Part shown: positions 52,694-62,883 of the stretch, one piece after another
How positions within the stretch are numbered: the first letter of the stretch is position 1
Layout: every line of letters starts with the position of its first letter
Assembly: GCA_963793095.1 (NCBI GenBank)
Contig: CAWBYY010000011.1
Coordinates: forward strand, 1,151,631 to 1,215,630
Source of the DNA: an uncultured Chloroflexia bacterium
Lineage (GTDB): Bacteria; Chloroflexota; Anaerolineae; Anaerolineales; UBA4823
Length of the DNA: 64,000 nt
Direction of reading: 5' to 3'
Position numbers and translations under genes: made by a program
Notes under the pieces: generated by a model
Database searches by the model: none
What the model saw: the letters and a program-made list of their open reading frames with translations, nothing else
Told to the model about the DNA's origin: nothing

Positions 52694-52764
52694 TTTTCAG
52701 TAACTTTACTTACCCAGGAATCAACCGTAAAAACCATTTCATCATTAATAGTTTTTATTTTTGT

Positions 52765-54504
52765 ATGTTCAATTCACGATCCTTCATAATATATTCCATT
52801 TTCTTACTGTTGTTGGGTACAGCATGTTCATGTTCTCGGCAAAGCAAATCTTCCCCCGGAATGCCCAATATCATATTGGTGATGATAGATAATGTTGGAT
52901 TTGATGAGATTGGCATCAACGGCAATGAGTTGGTGAGTACTCCTCACCTGGACAGCTTTGCCAGCCAGGGAGTTCAATTCAGCCGTTTCTACAGTAATCC
53001 CATGTGCGCTCCAACAAGGGCCAGCCTTATGACCGGGCGCTACCATTACCGCACCGGCGTTATACATACTTCTCGAGGCGGGGCCAAGATGCACGGAGAT
53101 GAGGTTACCGTCGCAGAACTGCTTAAGGAGGCCGGATATGCTACGGGTATTTTCGGAAAATGGCACCTGGGAGACAATTATCCAATGAGGCCACAGGACC
53201 AGGGCTTCGATGAGACCCTTTTTCATAAGTCCGGCAGGCTGGGTCAGGTTCCGGAATATACCACCTATATCAATCCCGGATTGTGGGAGAATGGAATATG
53301 GGTGCAAAAGCAGGGATATTGCACTGATATTTTTTTCGATGCAGCGATTAAATTTATGGAAAAGCACCACCATCATCCTTTTTTTATTTATTTGCCCACC
53401 AATATCGCTCATGCCTCCTCCGAAGTCGGATTGGAGGTTCCCCGGAAATACAGTGACAAATATGTAAGCAAGGGAATGGAACCAGGGAAAGCAACAGTTT
53501 GTGGGATGTTGGAGAATTTTGATGAAAACTTCGGCCGCTTGATTGCCAGACTTGATACCCTTGAGTTGAGAGAAAATACACTTGTAATATTTCTCAGTGA
53601 CGACGGAAATGTAAGGGTAAATACAGGGCACTACCGTGGGAAGGGATATTCATCACCATATGAAGGCAGCATCAGGGTGCCCTGTTTTGTCCAGTGGCCG
53701 GGCCATTTCCCTGGCGGAAAAACCATTCGGAACATCGCCAGTCATATCGATATTTTACCCACCATATGCGAAATTACCGGAGTACTCTCAGAAACCGATC
53801 TGACGGTGGACGGATTAAGCCTTCTGCCACTGCTGCAGGGCCGTACCGGCCAATGGCCGGACCGCATGCTGTTCCTGCAATGCAGTCGCGGAATGACCCC
53901 TCACAGGTACCAGAACTGCGCGGTAATAACAGATACCTTTAAACTTGTCTGTTACCCGGGTACATTCGAAGACAGGCAGCTGGAGACATCAAGAGATAAT
54001 CCGGTCCTGGAGCTTTACAATATTCCAGACGATCCGATTGAAGCTGATAATCTGGCAGGGCAGTATCCCGAGGTGACGGCTGAATTACTTGCAGCCTATG
54101 ACAAATGGTTTGATGACGTTAAAAGCTCAAGGAATTTCTCCCCCGGTCTGATCCATATTGGTTCGGATGCCGAAAACCCTACATACCTCAGCCGGTACCA
54201 GGATGCAAGTTATATCGATAGAAAACCTGCCGGCTGGCCTGTCTTTATTGAAAGCCCCGGTAAGTATGAGCTTAGGGTTAACCGGGATGAGTCACTGGTA
54301 CCGGGCAAAATGTGTATCCGGTATGATTCCACGCTCGCGGCCCTTCCCTTAAGCCAGGGGGAATATCAGGCCATCTTTTCCTTGCCCAGGGGCAAAGTCA
54401 ACCTTAATATCTGGGTAGAGGAAGATGGCAGGGATTACATCCCGCGTCCGGATGAAGACAGGATCGGGGATGTCCAGATCAGACGATTATCAAAGGATGA
54501 ATAA
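52765..54504 (+). CDS. formylglycine-dependent (S1 family) sulfatase, lipoprotein
   Basis: Intact 579-aa ORF with signal LLLLGTACSC. The sulfatase signature is CAPTRASLMTGR, with the GKWHLG motif and LSDDG downstream. Confidence 0.9.
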   Translation: MFNSRSFIIYSIFLLLLGTACSCSRQSKSSPGMPNIILVMIDNVGFDEIGINGNELVSTPHLDSFASQGVQFSRFYSNPMCAPTRASLMTGRYHYRTGVIHTSRGGAKMHGDEVTVAELLKEAGYATGIFGKWHLGDNYPMRPQDQGFDETLFHKSGRLGQVPEYTTYINPGLWENGIWVQKQGYCTDIFFDAAIKFMEKHHHHPFFIYLPTNIAHASSEVGLEVPRKYSDKYVSKGMEPGKATVCGMLENFDENFGRLIARLDTLELRENTLVIFLSDDGNVRVNTGHYRGKGYSSPYEGSIRVPCFVQWPGHFPGGKTIRNIASHIDILPTICEITGVLSETDLTVDGLSLLPLLQGRTGQWPDRMLFLQCSRGMTPHRYQNCAVITDTFKLVCYPGTFEDRQLETSRDNPVLELYNIPDDPIEADNLAGQYPEVTAELLAAYDKWFDDVKSSRNFSPGLIHIGSDAENPTYLSRYQDASYIDRKPAGWPVFIESPGKYELRVNRDESLVPGKMCIRYDSTLAALPLSQGEYQAIFSLPRGKVNLNIWVEEDGRDYIPRPDEDRIGDVQIRRLSKDE

Positions 54505-54508
54505 ATAT

Positions 54509-56426
54509 ATGAAAACCTCAAAACTTAAGAGAGGGTATATACCCTTCTTCATTTATCTCCTGATCCAGGCTTGCTCCGGTCCCACATCGGAAATATCCCC
54601 AAACCTTACATTGATCCGGGGAGATATTAATGGCGCCATCATTAAATCAGGCAGGAACCGTCTCGTCGTCTATGGCGATCCGGCCCAGGTATTGCCCCGT
54701 GCTGAAATGGTATTGTTCACGCACGCACGCAGAGATGTTGTATGGGCAGGAAAGGGCCTTGTTGTAAAAGGGGCAAAGGCAATTGTTCCCTCCGGTGAAT
54801 CTAATCTGTTCACCGGGATTGATTCATTCTGGAATGATTTCACCATGTCCCGGTATCATGATTACAATCAGCAGTCCACAAAGTGGCTCACGGAGCCCCT
54901 CCAAATTCACCGGAGTGTCAGGGGAGGTGATTCCATTCTGTGGCACGGGATCCCGATCAGGGTCATTGACAGCAAAGGATACACAAGGGGAGCTGTTTCC
55001 TATCTTGTTAACATTGATGGTATGGATGTCGCATTTGTGGGGGATTTAATATACGGCGATGGACAGATCCTGGACATTTACAGCATGCAGGATCAGATCG
55101 AGGAAGCGAATGTCGGGGGTTATCATGGTTATGCTGCACGGATGGCCGACCTGATTACAAGCCTTGAAAATATGGCTGAACTGAAGCCTGATATCCTGGT
55201 GCCTGTGCGTGGACCCGTCATTGAGGAACCGGATGAAGCCATGGCAGAACTGATAACCCGGCTCCGGAAACTCTATGAGAATTACCTGTCCGTAAATGCA
55301 TTCCGTTGGTATACAGGTCAGGAAAGACATGATATAATGGCGGCAAGGGTATTACCGCCGGATATGCCCGTCGACTGGATGCCCATGGCTGAAACCGGGA
55401 AAAATCCGCACTGGTTGATCCATCATGACAATTCAAAACTCATCATTTCCGCGGATGGTTCCGGATTCCTGATTGATTGTGGCGTGCAAAGCGTATTCAG
55501 CGATATGATGAAAGTGCAGGATAATTTCCCCTGTTCGAATATTGAAGGAATGTTCATAACACATTACCATGACGACCATACCGATTACGTGAACGGGATC
55601 CGGGAAAAATACGACTGCCCGGTCTATGTGACACCGGAAATGGAAGACATACTCAGACACCCGCAAGCCTACCGCCTACCTGCCATGACATCCGAACCGA
55701 TTGACGGCCTGGTCATTGTTCCTGATGCTTCCAGCATGACCTGGAAGGAGTTTACATTTACCTTCTATTACCTGCCCGGCCAGACACTATACCATGATGG
55801 ATTGCTGGTTGAGAAACAAGATGGTGAAAAGATCTTCCTGGCAGGGGATTCATTCTCGCCGACAGGGCTCGATGATTACTGTCTTGCTGAACCGGAATTT
55901 TATCCAGCCCGGAACGGGCTATCTGTATTGCCTGGATCTGCTTCGCAAACTGCCCGGGAATTGCTGGATCGTGAACCAGCATATCGAACCGACATTTAAA
56001 TTCACAACGCAACAGCTGGATTTCATGACTCAAAAACTTCATGAGCGAAAAACCCTGATGCGTGAACTCTTTCCATGGGATGAGCCCAACTATGGTATTG
56101 ATGAAAGATGGGCGAGAATGTATCCATATGGACAGGCAATTCAGCCAGGCCAGCAAGCCACGTTCAGCGTTTTCATCCTCAATCACAGTGACCGGACCAA
56201 TGAATATACGGTCCGTCCGGTTCCCGGTCCGGATGGTTTGACTGTTTCACCCGGGCAGCTTGTGATCAAGGTACCCCCGAAAGAGGAGGGTAGGGCAGAA
56301 TTTGTCCTGCAGGTATCCGGAGATGCATCCCCCGGGATCAGGATCCAAACAGTTGACATCCGTTTTAATGAGTGGAATCTGCATGAGTGGTGCGAGTCCA
56401 TCATCGAAATTGAGGTCCCCTCCTAA
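54509..56426 (+). CDS. secreted tandem metallo-beta-lactamase-fold protein with C-terminal Ig-like domain; one frame break near 55885
   Basis: ATG at 54509 (MKTSKLKRGYIPFFIYLLIQACSG, lipobox). The first MBL-like half has a degenerate metal motif (FTHARRD). The second half has the canonical FITHYHDDHTD. ORF 55794-56426 supplies the C-terminus after the break (DDYCL|LNRNFIQPG). Confidence 0.6.
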
Positions 56427-56434
56427 TGCAGAGC

Positions 56435-56677
56435 TTACAGACTTTCTTCTTTAAGCTTTTCAGAAATAAAAACCTTGATAACACTTTGGCGTGTTACCCC
56501 AAGTCGTTTAGCTACTTTATCCAACTTCTGTACCATCCATACTGGAAAATCAACGCTGACTCTTTTCTGTTCCAATCCGGGTCTCAAAGCCTGGTCAAGA
56601 TTTAAATATGAGGATAGATCTTCACCCGATTCAAATTTTTCTTCGAACTCAGTAGCTGTTATATATTTCTTTTTCAT
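56435..56677 (-). CDS. brnA: BrnA-family antitoxin (RHH/CopG-like)
   Basis: 80-aa ORF immediately downstream of brnT and overlapping it. RVSVDFPVWMVQKLDKVAKRLGVTRQSVIKVFISEKL is typical of BrnA. Confidence 0.8.
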   Translation of the reverse strand: MKKKYITATEFEEKFESGEDLSSYLNLDQALRPGLEQKRVSVDFPVWMVQKLDKVAKRLGVTRQSVIKVFISEKLKEESL

Positions 56678-56909
56678 TTCTCCTTGATTTGCGAACCGAT
56701 ATTATTCTGATCTTATTCTTCCGTTTCGTAAATACAGCAGACCAATACTCATCTTCAATTACTGCAATTAGCAGATACCTTGATTCATTTACCCACTGTG
56801 CTGGAATTTCAAGCCTTTTGGGATCATCCCAAAGTTTCATTGCCGTCGTAAAATCTATCCCGTGTTTTATTTTATTAGATCTGCTTTTGTTTTCATCAAA
56901 TTCAAACAT
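56649..56909 (-). CDS. brnT: BrnT-family toxin (DUF497 ribonuclease)
   Basis: 86-aa ORF. MFEFDENKSRSNKIKHGIDFTTAMKLWDDP...RIISVRKSRRNEKEIY matches the BrnT pattern. Confidence 0.85.
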   Translation of the reverse strand: MFEFDENKSRSNKIKHGIDFTTAMKLWDDPKRLEIPAQWVNESRYLLIAVIEDEYWSAVFTKRKNKIRIISVRKSRRNEKEIYNSY

Positions 56910-56927
56910 TGAAAAGCAATTATTGTT

Positions 56928-56935
56928 CCAAAATT
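56928..56935 (-). promoter_or_regulatory. candidate -7 promoter box (TAATTTTG on minus strand) for brnTA
   Basis: Plus-strand CAAAATTA lies 19 nt upstream of the brnT ATG at 56909. Confidence 0.3.
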
Positions 56936-57015
56936 AATCAATTTATAATTAATAATTGTACCTTTTTTGCACTATTCAATTGTGATTAATTCATGCTGTT
57001 TCTAATCCCGATGAT

Positions 57016-58403
57016 TTACTTTATACCCAGTTTCTCCTGCATTTTCTCCAGAGATATGCCCTTGGTTTCAGGCATAACCAGCAGAACCCATATCAGTTGC
57101 CCGACCATGCAGATGGCATAAATGGTGAAAATATGACCACCGGAAGCTTCTGCAAATATGGGAAAGGTCCATGAGATGGCTGCAGCCATAAACCAGTGGG
57201 TAAAACTCCCCAGTGCCTGTCCCCTGGCCCTGACCCTGTTGGGAAATATCTCACTGATAAATACCCAGATCACGGCTCCCTGTCCAAATGCATGGGCGGC
57301 AATAAATACCAGCAGGCTTACCAGGACAACTGTACTGCCCGCCTGGTTGAAATCGGTACCCTGCCGGTAGAAGGTCCAGGCGGTAGTCCCGAGACTGATG
57401 ATGTATCCAATGGAACCAACCAGCATCAGTTTTTTCCTGCCAAAATGATCGATGATCAACATGGCTGTCATGGTGAATATTAAATTCACAAAGCCCACGC
57501 CAACCGAGCTGAGCATGGCAGATCCCTCTGCAAATCCAGCCATCCCGAAAATACGCGGGGCATAGTACATCAGGGCATTGATCCCCGATAACTGGTTAAA
57601 GATGGCTATGGCAACAGCCAGCATGATGGGTTTCATATACCTGGCCTGAAACAATGGCTTCTTTAGGGCCGTCCTTTTCAGCTTTCAAGGAGTCTTGTAT
57701 CTCCAGGATTTCCTCCTCCACATTGTCAGCGTCGGCCCCCAGTCTCCAGATTACATTTCTCGCTTCTTCGACCCTGTTCTGGGCAATCAACCAGCGGGGA
57801 CTCCTGGGATTGGTAAACAGAAGGAAGAAAAAAGTTATGGCCGGCAAAGCTTCAACACCAAACATCCATCGCCAGGTGGTATCCCCCAGGTCCAGTGAAC
57901 TGATGATATAATTTGAAGAGAAAGCCAGCAGTACACCAAACACAATATTGAACTGGGTAAGCGCAACCATGCGTCCCCGGAACCTGGCCGGTGAGATCTC
58001 CGCATTGTACATGGGTGCGACAACCGACGATCCTCCGACGGCCAATCCTCCGATAAAACGGAAAATAACGAATGAAGCCCAGTTCCATGCCAGTCGCACT
58101 TCCAAGTGCCGAAATAAAATAGAATGCCCCCAGGACAAATAATATTGTTCTTCGTCCATGCCTGTCCGCCGGTCTTCCAACCAGGAGGGAACCAATGATG
58201 GTCCCGATCAGGGCCGTGGCCACTGTGAAGCCATGCCAGGATCCGGGATTTCCAATGAATCCCGAAAGTGATCCATATGTATCTGAGAATATGAGCTTTA
58301 ATGTGCCCTCGGCTCCTGAAATAACAGCGGTGTCAAATCCGAAGAGAAGACCCCCAAGGGCTGCAATAGCTGCACTTCTTAACAGTGCTCCTTTAATCTT
58401 CAT
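57016..58403 (-). CDS. MFS sugar porter-family transporter; 2 frame breaks
   Basis: Pieces 57852-58403, 57596-58195 and 57016-57654 are colinear. Motifs are GGLLFGFDTAVISGA, GRPADRHGRR, PRSPRWL and the C-terminal PETKGISLE. Its start overlaps the GH32 stop by 11 nt. Confidence 0.85.
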
Positions 58404-60082
58404 AGATGTTTTTCATCTGCCAGGCATCGAGCGAAATGAGTTCACTGCTGCTGCCCTGGGAACGAAGGGATACTCCAATACTATCATCTCTTCCGGGATA
58501 TACACGCGTGGCCACACATTGCTTTCCGTTCACAAATACCTCAACAACGCTTTTATCAATGAATATCCTGAGTTTAACCGTCTCTTCCTCTCCGATGAGT
58601 ACCTGGGCAGTTTCGGCGGCACGGGCCAAGGCTCCGGGAAGGGCCGATGAATGGCTTGTCTCCAGTGAGACCAGGCTGGGTGTTGCTGTTCTTATCCTCC
58701 CTTCTCCGGGTACGCTCCAATAATTGCGCCCGGAACGATACCCTCTTTCGGGCAGTATGGAAATGGTGGTGTATTCTTCACTTTTGGGGGACTCCAACAC
58801 ATTGATTTCAATCATGTTGGCTTCTTTTGTATCCATTTCTGCATAAATCTCCATGGCATTGCCACGGATATTTTTCAGCTTGATCGTCTTTGTTTGCCGG
58901 AAGGGTCATTGCATCCACATGTTCATGGTTATATCGCAGTGATTCAATATCTCCGGCAGGTTCTATCGCGATCTCATCGGCTGAGATCAGTGTAAGCCTT
59001 CGGGGGAGTGTCATGATCTGGTCCCACCCCTTGGTAGCCATTCCCGGATTCATGTTAAAAATGATAATCACTCCATCTTTGCCATCGGGGGTGGCCGAGG
59101 GGGCATGAACACCGGCAGGCCCCGAAGGCCCGAAATTGAAATTGCCATGATTGGTGACCACAAATTTTTGACGTTCAGTGTCATAATCGCCCAGGAGGTA
59201 TTGTCCGCCGCTCATATGGCTGTAGAATGGCAAAATATAGCGGTTACCGATGGGCCAGAAGTAGGGACAGGCGTAATCGTCACCGATCAAGGTAAAGCGA
59301 TCGTCCTCTACAAATGGGTGCATGTACTGCCAGTGCTCCAGGTCGAGTGAGCGAAAGAGATAGGCGGTTGCTACCGGTTTGTTACCAGGGCCCTCGTTTA
59401 CCCTGCCGGCAAGCAGGGCATAATAGACACTGTCCTGCTTCCAGATGCAGGGATCATACACACTATAGGGAAGGGGGAATCCCGATGGATCGTCTATTGG
59501 AATGACGGCCCCTGCCCGAAACCTTTTCCCAGTTCAGCAGCAGCGGATCGTTCGAAACGGCAGCCATGCTGCCAACTTCCGTACCGTGATAAAATGCGAT
59601 CACCCGCTCCTCGTCTACATATGCCGATCCGCTATAGCAGGCCCGCTCCGGTCCGGGGTAGATGGCCAGGGGCAGGTCCTCCCAGTGGATCAGGTCCTTG
59701 CTGACAGCATGGCCCCAATGCTGGCGGGGGAATTCAGGTGGATAGGCCTGGTAGAAAAGGTGCCAGTTGCCCTGCCAGAAACAGAGACCGTTGGGGTCAT
59801 TCAAACGGCCTTCCGGATTAACGTAATGATATATGGGCCTGTGGGGATCATCTGACATCTTTTGCCTTGATTCCTTAAACCGCAACAGGAGGGGATTTGT
59901 CTCAAGCTCTTCGGCCTGCTCTTCAAGGGTCGAGGAGAAGGTGTAGCTGGGGACTATGGAAGTGTAATCCTCGACTGTCCTCCTGGGCCGCTAAAGGTTG
60001 CAGCCCAAATCCGACAATCAACCCTGTCAGCATAGACCATGCGGATGATTCCGCTTAATGTTTTTTCTTTCAGATTTTTCAT
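58393..60082 (-). CDS. glycoside hydrolase family 32 (beta-fructofuranosidase/fructanase-type); about 3 frame breaks
   Basis: Pieces from the ATG at 60082 (MKNLKEK...), 59463-59990, 58808-59461 and 58393-58854 are colinear. The catalytic N-terminal motif is LNDPNGLCFWQGNWHLFYQ, followed by a C-terminal beta-sandwich (LRIFIDKSVVEVFVNGKQ). Confidence 0.85.
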
Positions 60083-60174
60083 TAATAATGCTCCTTTTTC
60101 CAGAACACAAAATACACAATGTTTTAATTTTTGTCTATATTCAATCTCCCTAAATAATACTGAATTACCAAACA

Positions 60175-61386
60175 TTGAAAAGAATTGCATTTGCCACCCT
60201 TATCTTAACCTGCCTGATGGTTTCGTGCTCCTCCCCGGGGAAGGAATATTTCATTGCTTCCTATTATTTCCCCAATTATCATGTGGATGCCCGCAACACT
60301 CAAAGATTTGGGGATGGCTGGATGGAATGGGAACTGGTGAAGGATGCCAGGCCCAGGTTTCCCGGCCATCACCAGCCAAATGTGCCTGCCTGGGGCTATA
60401 CGGATGAAGCCAATCCGGCTCATATGGAACAAAAGATCGATGCAGCTGCAGATCATGGGATTGATGCCTTCATATTCGACTGGTATTACTATGATGACGG
60501 TCTTTTTCTGGAGCGGGGTATTGAGGAAGGATTTTTTGGCGCAAAGAATAATAATCGGCTAAAATTCGGATTGATGTGGGCCAACCATGACTGGATCGAT
60601 ATCCACCCGGCAGACACCGCGTCCCTGCTCCGGGAGGGAGGTCCCGAATTACTATATCCAGGAGCGGTTACTCCGGAGACCTGGGACAGGATGACGGACT
60701 ATATCATTGAAACCTATTTCAAGCATCCCTCCTACTGGCTGATCGACGGATCTCCTTATTTTTCAATTTACGATCTTTCCAGATTGGTAAGGAGTTTCGG
60801 GACTGTTCCTGCGACAGCCAAAGCCATGGATCGATTTGAGAAAAAAGTTATCGGCGCCGGGTTCAAGGGCCTGCATTTGAATGCCGTGGTCTGGGGTCAT
60901 ACCATCCTGCCCTCCGAAGAAATCGTTGATATTGAAGACATGAATGGATTTCTGAAGGAGCTTGGGATTTTCTTCGGCCACATCCTATGTCTGGATCCAC
61001 CATGTGAGACTTGACTTCCCTGAACATCCCTATACAGACGTCCAGGAGAAGTATTTTAAGTATGCAGATCATTTTGCAGGATCCATTGATCTTCCCTATT
61101 ATCCGAATGTAACGATGGGATGGGACAGCAGTCCCCGGGCAAGCCAGGAGGATCCTTATGAGAATCACGGTTATCCTTTCATGGGAACGATCGCCGACAA
61201 TACACCTGAAAACTTTAAAAATGCTCTGATTCAGGTCAGGGAGTACCTGGACAGACATCCAGGGGCAAAAACATATTTAACATCAATTGCTGGAACGAAT
61301 GGACAGAAGGAAGCTATCTTGAGCCGGATACCATCAACGGGATGGCCTACCTGGAGGCCATAAAAGAGGTTTTTGGCGATCAGTAG
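60175..61386 (+). CDS. GH99-like / WbsX-family domain lipoprotein; 2 frame breaks
   Basis: The TTG start gives MKRIAFATLILTCLMVSCSS (lipobox). ASYYFPNYHVDARNTQRFGDGWMEWELV and IDAFIFDWYYY are typical of the Glyco_tran_WbsX/GH99-like family. The gene continues in ORF 60962-61363 and a third frame ending ...CWNEWTEGSYLEPD...EVFGDQ with the stop at 61384-61386. Confidence 0.6.
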
Positions 61387-61474
61387 AAATCAGGCTAGCG
61401 TATTTAGAGACATTAGTCTCATTTTGTGCAACATAAATCCCAAAATATTCATTGAATTGATTGCTCAGAAAAGG

Positions 61475-61482
61475 TACTTTTG
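61475..61482 (+). promoter_or_regulatory. candidate -7 promoter box TACTTTTG for rhaT-rhaM-rhaA
   Basis: Matches TAnnTTTG 28 nt upstream of the probable rhaT ATG at 61510. Confidence 0.3.
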
Positions 61483-61509
61483 ATTATAACAACACACCAA
61501 ACCATACTC

Positions 61510-62529
61510 ATGATTGGCATTCTTCTCATTGCAATAGGCAGCCTCGGTGCTGCCAGTTTTTATGTTCCCTTTAAAAAGGTTAAGGTCTGGGCATGGGAGT
61601 CTTACTGGATTAGCCAGGGACTTGCAGCCTGGATCATCTTTCCGTGGGTTTTTGCCCTGTTAACGGTACCTTCAGGTACCCTGATGGATATTATCCATGA
61701 CGCACCCACATCTGCCAAATGGCTGAGCATCATGTTCGGTGCTCTATGGGGTGTTGGCGGACTCACATTCGGGCTCAGCATCAGGTATATGGGCATTGCC
61801 CTGGGCCAGAGCCTTGTACTGGGACTCACAGCCGCCCTGGGTACCCTGATACCTTCCATAGTTGCAGGTGAAAACCTGTTCGCAACCAGGGCCGGAATAC
61901 TGACCATGATCGGTGTGGCCGTTGCGCTGGCGGGAATTACAATAGTCGGTTACGCCGGGGTCCTTAAGAACAAAAACCTGACCGAAGATGAGAGAAAGGC
62001 TGCAGTGAAGGATTTTGCCCTGAAAAAGGGAATCCCGATCGCCATTATTTCAGGTATCATGAGTGCGTGCTTTGCCTATGGTTTCCAGTCAGGGAAACCC
62101 ATCGATGAAGTTGCAGCCCAATATGGCACCCATGAATTGTTCGTCAGTAATCCCACCCTCATCTTTATCCTGCTGGGCGGATTTGTTACCAATTTCATTT
62201 ACTGTGTCTGGCTGAATATTAAAAACGGCAGCTATAAGGATTATATTAGCGTATCCGGAGGAGTCCTCCTGAATAACATTGCCTTCACATTCCTGGCCGG
62301 ATTGCTTTGGTTCCTTCAGTTCCATTTTTACGGAATGGGGAAAAGCCAGGTACCTGCTACAATGGAAGCCTTCTCATGGAGCATCCTTATGGCACTGAGT
62401 ATCTCTTTCAGCAATATATGGGGACTCTTCCTCAAGGAGTGGAAAGGAGTGGGCAGGAAAACCATCATGGTACTGATCATCGGGATCATCATCCTGATCC
62501 TTTCAACCTTTGTCATCAACCTTAATTAA
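61510..62529 (+). CDS. rhaT: L-rhamnose/proton symporter
   Basis: The probable start is MIGILLIAIGSLGAASFYVPFKKVKVWAWESYW, which parallels E. coli RhaT (FYAPFKKVKKWSWE). The protein is polytopic and hydrophobic throughout. Confidence 0.85.
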   Translation: MIGILLIAIGSLGAASFYVPFKKVKVWAWESYWISQGLAAWIIFPWVFALLTVPSGTLMDIIHDAPTSAKWLSIMFGALWGVGGLTFGLSIRYMGIALGQSLVLGLTAALGTLIPSIVAGENLFATRAGILTMIGVAVALAGITIVGYAGVLKNKNLTEDERKAAVKDFALKKGIPIAIISGIMSACFAYGFQSGKPIDEVAAQYGTHELFVSNPTLIFILLGGFVTNFIYCVWLNIKNGSYKDYISVSGGVLLNNIAFTFLAGLLWFLQFHFYGMGKSQVPATMEAFSWSILMALSISFSNIWGLFLKEWKGVGRKTIMVLIIGIIILILSTFVINLN

Positions 62530-62538
62530 AGTATTGTC

Positions 62539-62858
62539 ATGTATAAGAGAAAGGCATTTAAAATGAAGCTGAACCCGGGGATGCTTGAGGAATATAAGAA
62601 AAGGCATGATGACCTCTGGCCAGAACTGCACAGCTTGTTGAAAAGACAGCGGATTATCGGAGTATAGCATCTTTTTCGATGAGGAAACCAATATTCTGTT
62701 TGCCTTCCAGAAAGCAGGCAGGTGACCAGGGCTCGCAGGATCTGGGACAAACAGAGATTGTACAGAAATGGTGGAAGTACATGGCAGATATCATGGAAAC
62801 AAACCCGGATAACTCGCCTGTTTCCAAAGAGCTGGTTGAAGTTTTTTACATGGAATAA
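62539..62858 (+). CDS. rhaM: L-rhamnose mutarotase; 2 frame breaks
   Basis: The hand-joined sequence is [35 protein letters not shown]|[25 protein letters not shown]|[45 protein letters not shown]. It parallels E. coli RhaM/YiiL. The first break lies at the AAAA run 62641-62644. Confidence 0.8.
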
Positions 62859-62883
62859 CCAACATCAAAATATTTATACACTT

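Larger units (their letters stand above)
50960..52740 (-). mobile_element. IS200/IS605-family element, IS605-type divergent tnpA/tnpB arrangement; ends approximate
   Basis: It contains an intact tnpB (minus strand) and a decayed tnpA (plus strand). A roughly 40-nt motif recurs in the same orientation near both ends: 50994-51044 ACATCCTCCCCCACGTAAACGAAGGGGATT...TTTTACGAA and 52645-52680 ATATCCCCTCCCAGAAGTGAAGGGATTTTACGCA. It is inserted between the GntR gene and the sulfatase gene. The exact boundaries are not determined. Confidence 0.6.

Noticed and set aside
52756-52763. TATTTTTG promoter-like box in front of the sulfatase gene
   Set aside because: It ends 1 nt before the ATG, too close to act as a -7 element for this start codon. 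It is probably a chance match in AT-rich sequence or belongs to the IS flank.
52828-53631. 267-aa minus-strand ORF opposite the sulfatase gene
   Set aside because: It is a shadow ORF. The plus strand encodes an unambiguous S1 sulfatase (CAPTRASLMTGR), and the antisense product has no recognisable features.
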